Origin: Thalia democratica
Taxonomy: Eukaryota
Length of the DNA: 64,000 nt
Assembly (NCBI GenBank): GCA_965202585.1
Contig: OZ241833.1
Location: 16,182,001-16,246,000, forward strand
Reading direction: 5' to 3'
Position 1 is the stretch's first letter, and each line of letters begins with the position of its first letter. Made by a program: the position numbers and the translations under genes. Shown here piece after piece: positions 25,531 to 36,823 of the stretch. The notes below the pieces were generated by a model, which worked only from the letters and a program-made list of their open reading frames with translations, did not search any database and was not told where the DNA came from.

Positions 25531-28500
25531 AAAAGCTGTAGTATAATGATTTAAAAGACACATTTTAAGAAGTCCTATATTGTTTGTTAATGGATGACAG
25601 TTTAAAAGAATACAGTAACTGTTGTAATATGATAATATTGTACTCTTTTAAGGACTATTTACTTTGCAAAATAGATATTAGATACCTATATGTAAGACTA
25701 TTGTAAGTTTTTTTTACCATCTCACAGTAGGTAGTAAAAATTTAATTAAAAAATTGTTGTACTTAACTTTAAAAATTTTAAAGCTACTGTTGACAATAAA
25801 CTTACTTTTAAAACTACGTTTTTGTTTATTGAAATTTGTAATTAATTATTCAACTTAAGTACTTTTAGTTATTTAAGTTTAGTCTCTTGACTTATTCAAC
25901 ACTATATTTATCTGTTTTTATGGCTAAAGTGATAAACCGGAATTTTATGTATTAACTAAAAAAATTCTAAAAGCATAGTATTTGTATGATTATTGTTACT
26001 ATTGTTAATACTATTGTTACTATTAATAATTTAAGTAGCTTTTAGTAAAGAACAAAGAACTAAAACCTGTTTAATAATATAATCGAGTTCCTATTATTTA
26101 AAATTCCCGAGTAAAATATTATTTTTGATATTTATATTTCTACTAAAAAATAAAAAAACAAAGAAAGTGTATAATAATGACTAATTTGAAAATAGTCTTC
26201 TTTACTAACATTATTTTTTGTACAAAGTAAAATAGTGCCTACACTTTTACTAAGTTAGGTGCTTGGTTTAAAAAACAGCATAAGATGACTCTCTTCATAG
26301 GTATAATCTGAACTAAGAAAACCTTCTAAAATAAAAAATTCATAATGATTCATAAATATAAAACACATTAAGGTTAGATAAACTTCTAATTGAACAGAAA
26401 GTTAGTTTGAAATGACTTTAGGGTAAAGTAAACTATTGTTATCTATTTGTTACAATTAACAATTTATTAGCACTTCGGATTTCGTAATTAACGGGTTTGA
26501 TAGAAACCAGACAACAAAAAAATTTAATGAGTAAACTATCTTTACTTAAAAAGAAATCTTTATGACGTTAAAAAAACTTAGCGTCTACCTAGTTAAATAA
26601 ATTAAAAAAAGGTTTTGTTTAGCTACTTTGTTTTTATAATACAAAAGCCAATAAAGTTGAAAACTGATAGAATAAAACAAGATTACATGATTACAAGGTT
26701 AAAAGAAAATTAAAATTTTCTTTAATTTTTAAAGGGACCATATATACCTTTAAAAGTAAATCTGAATTATAAAAAAATGTACCAAAAGGTCTTAAAAATA
26801 ATATTTTAATGATCATATTTGAAGAAAATATTTATCATAAGAGAAATTCGATAATTACTTAAAAAGCAATATTTTATTAAACTAAAAACTTTTTTTAGCC
26901 AAAGCTAGTAAAGTGTTAATTTTAAAAGCTGCCTTGATTTCACTTCTTTTTGAGATATGACATAATAATAACTTAAAAATTCCTTTTTAAGTAGTTATAC
27001 CTTTGAGGTTAAAGAACGAGTCATACAGATTATTTATTTTGATTAGAATTAAAATACAATGTAATTAAAAAATAGCGCTAAATAATATTGTAGAAACAAC
27101 AAAACTGACTTTATCTAATAAAAAAGACCATTAACACCAACCTTAACACTTTTAAATAAAAAGAAATACAATGTTAATAATAAAACTAGATAGTTAAAAC
27201 TTCACATAACTTTGTTAATACACAAGGAATAAAAAGGCTATAAGGATTTTTTTTTAAAGTTGTAAGGTTGAACTAAGTGTATTAATAATTACTTTTTGAT
27301 GGTTAAATGTCGACGGTAAAAATAGTTTATTGAAAAACTATTGAATTTGGACAGGTTAAAACAAGTAGCTGTAGTTATTTTTTCAGAAGACATAAAAATA
27401 AAAAGATTTGTAAATTTATTTATTAAAACACCAGACATATTTTATGGAATAATTGAAAACTTTTAAAACTTTTACTTAAAATTTATAATTAAAATAACTA
27501 ATTATTGTAAAAATTTCTGTAAATGTTTTAAACTGCAAACAAGATTGTTTTCACTTACGTTATTTTCAATGTATCTAAAAATGTTTTTTCAATTATCAAA
27601 GATAATATTTATTACTGTTTTATACAATGTAAATCTAATGAGTTTATGAAAACTTTTGAAGGTTTAAGTAAAAAAATTGAAAAATTTACAAATAACTATA
27701 TCAAAAGTGATTTACTTAAGTCCATGAGCTAAAAGATTTGGAACACTTGATAATATGCTTCAGTTACTTTTGTTTTGTTGAAAAACTTAGTATACACTGA
27801 TGTCTGTACAGTCTGTACAGATGACTATAAGTTTGTTTACTAGTTAATATATTACTATAAGTTTGTCTACAGCTATTTTGACCCCTTTTATACAAACAAA
27901 TATCAATAAATTAGATTAGAGTTTTTAAAATACACTTGATAATTCATTTAACCTTACTCGTATAAGCATGAGAATAGTGATGTCATAGGGGAAATTTTCA
28001 TATGCAACCAACCATGTCTTTTCTTAAATATAAGATTCTGTTATTATTTGTAGCTCATTTTACTTGTATAAATCAATATGTTTTTAGTTTTACTTAAAAA
28101 AAAATTCTAATAACGTAAAAGTTTTGATAAAAATGAATCACGTTGGGCTTGTTCAAAGTACTAATTTATTGTTCGTGTGTTTTCATTTAATAATGCCATT
28201 CAAAAATATTTTTTTTAGCTACAAGATCGTTTTGTTTATAAAAAAACATATTAGTTTTTGTTATTTTCTGTGGTTAAATCAAAAAAATTTGAGCAACGAC
28301 AAAATCTCAGCATATAGTTTTATTTTAATACTACTTAATAGGTTCAAAGTTGCAAGGGTAGAGTAATCGTCAATATTTACATTTTAAACCCACACTCACG
28401 TAGTTCTAGAAACGCGTAAAATCAACTCTAACACGTTCCATTGAGTTGTACTATAAAAGCTAACTTTACCCTGGTTCAGTGTTAGTCATACTTTGACCCT

Positions 28501-29334
28501 CCAACACCATATTGACCAATGTGTGTATTAAAATGTTTTGTTTTTTATTTACTCCCTATACTTCTCGTTATATATTATTTAAATACATATTACACTTTAA
28601 AGTTATAAGTTTAAGTTTATATTGAAAATTTTACAGGTTATTTTCAACCTTAATTGTTTTATACTTATATAGATAGTTATAACTTTATGTATTTAATTTG
28701 GAGTAAAAAAAATATTTATCACAACTAAAGAAACTAAACTGTCAAATTTTACAATTTGGCTTATAAAATAAATTACTGCAAAAAAAACAATCAAAGGTTT
28801 TTTTAGTCTAATTTTAACTACCGTACCACTTGTTTAAACATTTGAATGTTATTTATTTGAATTTAAGGCATTCAAAATACTTTATTCTGTTGTACGGCAT
28901 ATACGAGAAAGTTATGTTAAAAAAATAATAACATTAATTATAAACATAACTAAAGCAGTTTAGTAAAACTTTTAAACATTAGAAGTACAGACAAAACTTA
29001 AAGATATTTTGAAAATCTTGATAGTTTAAAACTGTCAACAAGCTACGGTCTGCAGCTTAGATCTAGCAAAAATATCTGACTGCAACGTTTTTTTACCAAA
29101 AAGTATTTTGGGGAAACAACCAACTATTACAAAATTGTATATATTATAAATTGGACTTTTATAAAAAAACTTTACAAAATGCTTTTGAGTGGATTGCGAG
29201 TAAAAACTAACATCTTTTATATAATTTCATTATGTTTTATCACTTAATCAGTTTTATAAAATAGTATGTAATTAATATTTCTGTAGCCGAGAAAAAAAAA
29301 TCATAACAAATTTAGTCCGCAAAGGACTTTTATG

Positions 29335-29570
29335 GGGATGGGACGATTTTGCACGAAGTTAATTTTATACTAGTCGTTATTTTTACACGAAGCATTTTTT
29401 TTTGCACTGGTCCTAATTTTTTAATTTAAGTTATAGTTAAAATACCGAAATAATAATTTATAACTCAAATAACTAACAAGTTAATAAAAACTTAATTATA
29501 ATTTCAACTAAATTTGGAATTTAATTACAATAAAAGTAAACTAAGGTAGTGCAAAAAAAATTGTCCGTAA
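29335..29570. mobile_element. Degenerate remnant of the GGG/TGCACGA MITE family
   Basis: GGGGATGGGACGATTTTGCACGAAG at the left, followed by TACACGAAG and TTGCAC repeats. The right end is eroded. Confidence 0.5.
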
Positions 29571-29880
29571 AAGATTGAAGACGTGATTTTATGATATCTA
29601 CATAATTTTTTTACTTTAATCTGACCTTTTCACTTTTAAATAGCTGCCGATCATTTGTCTAATATTATAGTAGATTAATTAAACTTTTTTACTTTATGAT
29701 TTTATTTTAGCTGCAGACTTTTATCAAGAAAAAAAAAACAAATGAATTAATCTGTAAAAACAAGTTATATTACATTTAAAATGCAATCAGTTTTCATAAG
29801 ACAGTACAGTCGTTTGAGAGACACTCTTTAACACGTTCAAAAATACCAAAGTTTTTGAAACAAACAAAATACCTTTATTC

Positions 29881-29920
29881 TGACGTCAGATGAGACTCAA
29901 TTGTCAGTTTATTTACGTCA
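29881..29920. promoter_or_regulatory. Cluster of CRE/AP-1-like motifs (candidate jun distal enhancer)
   Basis: TGACGTCA (29881-29888), TGAGACTCA (29891-29899) and TTACGTCA (29913-29920), the last overlapping a forkhead-like GTTTATTTAC. Confidence 0.4.
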
Positions 29921-30501
29921 TTTGTTGTTTGTTTTACTTCAACTTAGTATATATACTTTATACTTCTTGTTATTGAAATCTGTGCTTTCTACGTTTAATT
30001 AATTTAAAATAAAAATAGGTCGAACAAAATAGCTCAAATTATTAGTCATTCAAAAATTTTTATGCATACTGTTAGTCAAAGTAAATAGAGTTCACGGCTA
30101 TATAAGCTAAACACTCAACAGAAAAACATTTGTAAAACAATAATTAAAATTATTTTCCATATTGACTTGTTTGATATCTAAACGTTTAAACAAGACATTT
30201 ATAAAATAGATTATTTTTGCTTTGATTGAAAATGGTTAAACTTATAGTCTTAAATTTGAAAAAATAATTAAAACAAATGTTCTTATATCTAGAATTAAAA
30301 AATATTTAAATTTTATCCATAATTTATTATTCAAAAAATTTTAAGTTTAAGTAAGTTTTTGCAAAACATTTATCAAGTAAGTAGTAGCATATTAAGTAAT
30401 TTTTTTAATAAAACGCGAGCTGAGGCTTACATAATAACATTTAAAAAATTAAGAATTATTATAACGTAAAGCATTTACACTGTACAGTAATGTATATTTT
30501 T

Positions 30502-31190
30502 GGGTAGCTGTCTAAATTGCACCAGCGTACAAAATTGCACGAGGGGACGAATTTGCACGAGTGCACAAAGTTGCGCGAAGATACTTTTGCACGGAGACAT
30601 TTTTGCACGGGTTAATTTTTTTTCTTAAATTTCTGTATTAACTTTATTTTTATTTATTTTATCTTAGTTTTTTTTACTATCACTGTTATCCTTAACCCTT
30701 ACCCTCAGTCGGTAATCTATTTTTTTTTTTAGTTTAATTACTTTTTAAATTTTACTATCACTGTTACCCCTAACCCTTACCCTTGCTCGGTAGCTTTTAT
30801 TTATAAATACATATGTATATATTTTAATGATATTTTTTATTAGTTATTTTATATTTTTATATTTACTATTACTGTTACTCCTAACCCTTACCCTAGGTAA
30901 GTAATTTTTTTTATTATAAATTATAAATTATTTTTTATTTTTTTATTCTTTTTAATTTTTTTCTGTATTTTTTTACTCTCGTGCAAAAATGTAACTTGTA
31001 CAAAATTGACCCTTGGTGCAAAATCGTCTTCAAGCAATTTTATTCCCTCGTTCAATTGTGTGCCCTCGTTCAAATTTGGCTTCGTGCAATTTTGTGCACT
31101 CGTGAAATTTTGTGCACTCCTGCAGTTTTTTTCTTGTGCAATTTAGTAACCGCGTGAAATTTTGTCTTCGTGCAATTTAAACCCGTTCCC
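30502..31190. mobile_element. GGG-ended modular MITE family, copy D
   Basis: Perfect 8-bp TSD ATATTTTT (30494-30501, 31191-31198). TGCAC arrays at both ends and three ACTGTTAyyCyTAACCCTTACCC modules. Confidence 0.9.
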
Positions 31191-31213
31191 ATATTTTTGT
31201 GTTGTGTATTTAC

Positions 31214-31814
31214 GGGTAGGAGTCAATTATGCCAGAAGGGGCACCTTTGCACGAATACACTTTTCACGGGTTTAATTTAAAAAAAAACTAATTTAATATT
31301 TTTATTAATTTTATTTGTTTTAATCATTTTACTTTTTCATTAATTAATTTTTTTTTTATTGTAATGAAATAATTAAATAACTATTACTGTTACCCCTAAC
31401 CCTTACCCTCGGTCTGTAAAACTTTTTTGTTTTAGTTAACTTTTTTTTTTTTAATTTATTATTAGTATTTTTTATTAATTATAATTTGCTTTTTATTTTT
31501 AATTTTTACTATTACTGTTACCCCTAACCCTTACTCTCGGTCGATAACTTTTAAAAAAATGTTTTTTAATAACTTATTTTTATTTATTTATGTTTTTTTT
31601 TTTTAATAAAGATTTTTAATAGTTATTTTTTTATCATTATTTTTACTATCACTGTTACCCCTAACCCTTACCCACTGTCGGTAACTTTTTATTTATTTAT
31701 GTTTTATTTTTATTTTAATATTTTTTAATAATATTTTTTATAATTTTTATTTTATTCTCGTGCAAAATGACCCTCCGTGCAAAAGTGTCTTCGTGCATAT
31801 TTGACCCGTTACCC
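31214..31814. mobile_element. GGG-ended modular MITE family, copy E
   Basis: Ends GGGTAGGAGTCAATTATGC and GCATATTTGACCCGTTACCC. TSD GTATTTAC/GTATTAAC (7/8). Three ACTGTTACCCCTAACCCTTAC modules. Confidence 0.9.
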
Positions 31815-32489
31815 GTATTAACTACTCCATATCTTAGAACTCAGACTCATACAGAGTTCTGTAAAATTTTAGTTTTAAGGTTTGAGAATAAATACAAAAG
31901 TTTTGAATAAAAAACTTGTTACTAAGTTCAGAAACAAGCTTAAAAAGTAATCTGTTCCTGAATGTGCAAGTTCTGTTTTTTGATAAACGTAGTTACTTAT
32001 TTTAGCCGAAAAACACTGTGTTCAAAAGGGAACTTTACTATAAATTAAAAAATAAAACTTATAAGTAGTAATGCTGTAATAAACTTCAACAAAATAAAGA
32101 TAAAGGTATTCGAAAAAGTTATGAAGTTACTAATTAAATATCAAATCGAACATTTAAAGTAAACATATTACAATGTTTTATTTATTAAACGGAAATAACG
32201 AACAATGCAATTTAAATTTGCATAACCCTTAATTAAAACACAATTATAAAAATTATATTCTTTGAGTTATAGAGTTAAAAATATTTTTTTTTTAAATTGA
32301 AGTAAACGTTATGAACTTACAAGTTACAAATAAAATCATTTATTTAAAACGAACATATTAAACATCATTGTTTAACGTAACAACGAGAGGTGCAACTGAA
32401 ATTTGCATACTCGATACTCAGTGATTAAAACAAAGATCTTAAAGATTATTTAAAACAGTCGTATTAGTTTTAGAGAAAATAAGGAATAG

Positions 32490-32960
32490 TGAAGTTGACA
32501 TCTATTTAGAAGTACTTTTGAAAACAAGTCTGTAAGTGTAGCTTCTCGTTTGGGTCTAGCATCACTTTTTGATGTTTGCAAATTTTTTCAAAATATTTTA
32601 AAAATTTTCAATAGTTTGTTGTAGCTTTACATAGTTGTTTTTACCAATAGCTACTTGCACGTCTGCTTATAACACCTTTCTTCTAGAGAAACATGCTTTT
32701 TTTAAACGCTATCAAGAAAATTGGTCGCTTGTAAATTTTGACTATTGCTACAAACATCCATTGGCTGATCCTCATCTGGTGTAACATTATCTTCTTAACT
32801 TACTGCTTGATTTTCATCCTAAAAAGTTTGCCTTTTTCAAATATATCTTCTTGGTCATTTGACTACTTTCATTATCAATGCTTACAAGTTCATTAATATC
32901 TTGATGTGTAGCATTAATGTAAAAATTCTTAAAATGTCTGCTATATCGAACGCTAAAAGA
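32490..32960 (-). pseudogene. Possible pogo/Tigger-like transposase C-terminal remnant
   Basis: Broken frames give INATHQDINELVSIDNES and KSDARPKREATLTDLFSK, resembling the acidic region and xTLxDFF tail of Tigger-type transposases. An adjacent GAGTACGCACTTTT motif (33056) is shared with the MITE at 40198. Confidence 0.4.
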
Positions 32961-34223
32961 CCCTGTACAAAGTTAAAAGCCTTCTTTTTTTAATAATGTT
33001 TGGGTTTATTGTAAGTAAAAATAGACAAGGATTTCATCAGTATGCATTGTCAGTCGAGTACGCACTTTTGCGCAGTGGTAAAATGGCGTACTCATGCAGC
33101 AGGTTAATGTATTAAAAACCCTTGCATATTTATTAGGCAGCAACATAAAAACTGAAGTATTAAAGTAGTCAAGCTTTTACAAACATATTATTTGACCAGT
33201 TGCAATATAAAAACTTAATAAAACCCGGTCAAGTAATAAAAACCAACTTTAAACAAAAAATATTTCATATTACAGTTTAAATATCTGTCATATTCTTAAT
33301 TGAAAAAAAAAATCAAACAAGTAGTTTTAATTAATAAATATCAAAATACTTGTTCATAATAAGTATTAATTATAAAAATATTAGCAACGAACGAATGAAA
33401 ATACAAAACATCAAAAAAGCTACAACTATAAATTTATTTAGTATACAACAGAACCAATAGTGTACCTTGCAGGTCTTTGTTTATATTTAGTAAATTAAAT
33501 TCCGTTTTCAGTTCCGATGAAAGTCTAGTACTACTTGTAGTGTTTTTAAACTGTAGTTGCATGAAAACAAACAACAAAATTGTAATCACAACAACTTAGG
33601 GCTCTAAACTGGTTTGTTGGAGCCTGTGTAACCCTAAAATAAAATTTATAGCTTACTGAAAAAGGTTTGAATCAGACGCTTTATAAAGTTCAAAAATTTG
33701 CTTGTGATTTCATACTAGCTTTTATATATTGAATGTAAAGCACAAAAATAATGAAGTTCACTCCTTGGAAATAGCTGTATCAATTATAATTTCATTATGA
33801 TATCCTAATAAATATATATCTATATCGAGCCTATTTGAAAAAGAAAACCCTTTACTAGTTTGCATAAAATTTTTAATTGAAAATGCTAGTAAATGTAAAA
33901 AAAAAAGTTGCTGTATTGCATTTTCTAAACAGTATACTGCAACTTTACTTTTAAAGTGTTTAATGTCATGTTATTATGACCATGTTGAAATATAATAGCT
34001 CCCCTTGAAAAAATTAAATTTATGGGCAGCTATAAATTTAACTATAAATTTATATACAGCTAGCTTATTTTAATAATGTTTAGCATTTGAAAATCGGGTA
34101 TGTATTTTTTAATAAACATGAAACTTTGTTATTACGTTTGATTTTGATTTATCTTTTAATATCTAACTCTTATAACTAAATGAAAATTAAAAATGTCAAT
34201 TTAATTACTTGGCCACAATATTA

Positions 34224-34343
34224 CTGTCCTGGACAAGACGTTAAAAGGTATCCGTGGTGTGCGACTTGATAACCGAAAGGTTTCTTCGTACAGCAGGTTC
34301 TAGGACAAAATATTTTGAACGCTTTTTTTGTCGTTTAATAAAC
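34224..34343 (+). repeat. About 120-bp interspersed repeat (SINE-like), copy 2
   Basis: CTGTCCTGGACAAGACGTTAAAAGGTATCCGTGGTGTGCGAC...TTTTTTTGTCGTTTAATAAAC is the reverse complement of the copies at 19881 and 41059. Confidence 0.75.
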
Positions 34344-35004
34344 TATACTAGAGTGACATTTAAATTTTACTTTAACTTCGCATCTAACTAAAAGTTAATG
34401 CTGTTTTATCTTTTAAAGACACTTAAAAATTACTAATTCTATAACGTTCCGAATTAAAAAATTAAATTAACCCTTAAACTTGAAAATAAATAGTTTTATT
34501 AACATAAAATATCTAAAAGGAAAGATCTACCGGATCCGGCCGGATCTTAGCTGATATTTGGCCGGATCCAGATCCAGTTAGTTTTGAAAGACTTAGTTTT
34601 CCGCGATCAGTTTCTTTCAGTTTTATATACTTAGGTTATTGTGTTTTGAATATTTAATATATATAAAATTAGTCAAGCGAAACAGAGTAATTAAAGTTTA
34701 GTGAGCTCAATAATTTGTTGTAAACATACAGGTACATACATCCATTAGAGTAAAAACACTAAATTGTTAATTAAAAGTTTCTTTCAGGATATATTCTTCT
34801 ACTGACTCTATAATTTAGTTCTAATTATAAACTTAGAGTATATATACTTTTAATATAAAGCATATATTTATATTTTAATCTATTTCAATTTTTAAAATTC
34901 TGTACAATTTTAATTTAACTATTTTATTCTCAATTTAAATATTTTAAGTAATGTAGAGCTCTACAAATACAGCAAATATAATTATTTGGTTTCTATAAAT
35001 TTAA

Positions 35005-35157
35005 GAGGCAGCAGTTGTTCAACAATTTTTTTTATCTTTCAATTTACCATCATACAAATAAATTTCTTTTTAGCACTGGTTTTGATGAAAAATTGTCTGT
35101 AGTAGTATAAATTATCTATGTGAAAATTTTAAAATTTTGTTGAACAACTGCTGCCTC
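35005..35157. mobile_element. TTAA-flanked MITE (Kolobok/T2-like), nested in the hAT element
   Basis: Perfect 21-bp TIR GAGGCAGCAGTTGTTCAACAA / TTGTTGAACAACTGCTGCCTC, with TTAA on both sides (35001-35004, 35158-35161). The termini are purine-purine, not the piggyBac CCY. Confidence 0.85.
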
Positions 35158-35399
35158 TTAAAGTTATAGTAAAGTAATATTTTAAATAGTTTATTCTATA
35201 TTACATTTATTATTCTTATATACATATAAAGTAATTTCTTAAGGATACTTTTAGAATTAAAAAATAATGGTCAAGTTCATGTAGTACCGCCTAATAAACT
35301 AAAGCTCAATTACCTAAAAATGATGTTCCCAATTTTTTTTGTTATTCTATTCTACATTTAAATCGGAAACAAGTGCAAATACCCACGAAAGTGAACAAA

Positions 35400-35680
35400 A
35401 AGATTCAGTTGATCAAGAGATTGAGACAGATTTTTTTTTCTTATGAAGAAAATTTATCTATTGAAGAAGTTAAAGAAGCTGAAGTCTTGTCTTGGTGGAA
35501 CTCAGATAAGAAAAAAATACACACATCTTGCCAGGTTTGTAAAAAGGTATCTTTCGGCACCACCATCTTCTGTTTATTCTGTAAGGTTATTTTAGAAGCT
35601 GGTAACTTTTACAAACAAAAGCGAAATTAATTGCTTCCAAAAACCGGCGGAAAACCTTAATCTCTTCATCACAACTTGAA
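35400..35680 (+). pseudogene. hAT transposase C-terminal dimerisation domain remnant
   Basis: With two frameshifts it reads EVLSWWNSDKK / KYTHLARFVKRYLSAPPSSVYSVRLF / EAGNFYKQKRN*LLP, matching the hATC pattern WW...YPxL...YL..P.SS..SERxFS.AG....R..L.P. Confidence 0.85.
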
Positions 35681-36608
35681 AAAACAAGAATAGGTTGCTT
35701 TGTAGCTTAATGGCATGGAAATAAGTAAATTTTTAACTAAGTTACTTACTTTTATATATGTAAACAGTTGCAAAAGAAGTTATTGTTCATATTATAGTTT
35801 GAAATTTTGTGAACAAAAGTATAATGTAAAGCTTATCATAAAAAAATAAAGTTCGAAACATTCTAACATTTAAATTCTTTTTCTTTCACGTCATACAAGG
35901 TACAAAATTTAATTTTAGTCGTATTTAGTTAATTCAGTAGTAACATAAGTAGCTTGAAGTTTAACATTTAAACTGAGGTTTCGTATAGGTTAACTTTTTT
36001 ATTCTACAACGTTCATTTTCCTAGTGTTCAAATAAAATACTTAGACAATAACATTGTGTTTTTTTACCTAAATATTTGTAATATTTTTTTTACTAATTAA
36101 TTTTAGTAAACTAACTCAATTTTATAAATTTGTTCTCTATTGATATTACATAAAACTTAAAAAATTTAGGACCCGGATCCGGCCGGATCTTAATTTGAAA
36201 AAATAAATTTGGATCCGGCCGAATCTTGAGTCAAAAAAAGTCCTGATCTGGTCAAATCCTAAAGAGTGGATCCGGTAGATCACTAATATTAGTAGTAATT
36301 ATCTAAAAAGAATTATGTTTTTAAAAGTATTTTATAATTGTTGCAATATTTCTTAAATACGTTTCATAATTTATTGACAAATATTCTATTTAACAAAAAT
36401 ATGTTTTAAGTGAAAAACTACTAATTTTTTACACAAAAAAATACATCTTGGGTAGTTTGTTCCAGAAAGTAATTTAAAAAAAAAGAAATTTCTACCGACC
36501 AACAAAATTAAGTTTGCGTGTTATTTTCTTACTGTTTCCTCTGAATACATAGTTTTTACAAAAGTTAGAAAAATGTTCGAAAAAGACTTTATGTGTACCA
36601 TTTTTATT

Positions 36609-36823
36609 GAGTCTTGTTTTAATGTAACGGTGTTTCCCCTAGTATTTTCTGTGTCAGCAAAATTATTTAATTTTTTTGAATATTTTCTCTATTTCATTAA
36701 ACTTTTGATATGTGTTTGGGTAAGGTTGGTTAGGGATAAGGTTATAAACTAAAAATATATATATATATATATTGCTGACTCAGCAAATAATAGGGGAAAC
36801 ATCGTTACATTACAATCGGACCC
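36609..36823. mobile_element. T-MARE-bearing MITE, copy 2
   Basis: TIRs ...TGTAACGGTGTTTCCCCTAGTATTTTCTGTGTCAGCAA and TTGCTGACTCAGCAAATAATAGGGGAAACATCGTTACATTACAATCGGACCC. Intact TGCTGACTCAGCA at 36773-36785. Internal GGGTAAGGTTGGTTAGGG. Flanks ATTTTTATT/ATTTATACT (7/9). Confidence 0.8.

Larger units (their letters stand above)
34520..36285 (+). mobile_element. Degenerate hAT DNA transposon (deletion derivative)
   Basis: Ends GATCTACCGGATCC (34524) and GGATCCGGTAGATCACTA (36285). The subterminal palindrome GATCCGGCCGGATC occurs at 34533-34546 and 36176-36189. An internal hATC remnant is present. Confidence 0.8.

Noticed and set aside
30670-31690. Repeat-spacer-repeat pattern (about 40-bp module with 50-100-bp spacers) resembling a CRISPR array
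   Set aside because: The modules are degenerate and lie inside TIR/TSD-bounded MITEs. The spacers are low-complexity T-rich DNA, there are no cas genes, and the context is eukaryotic.
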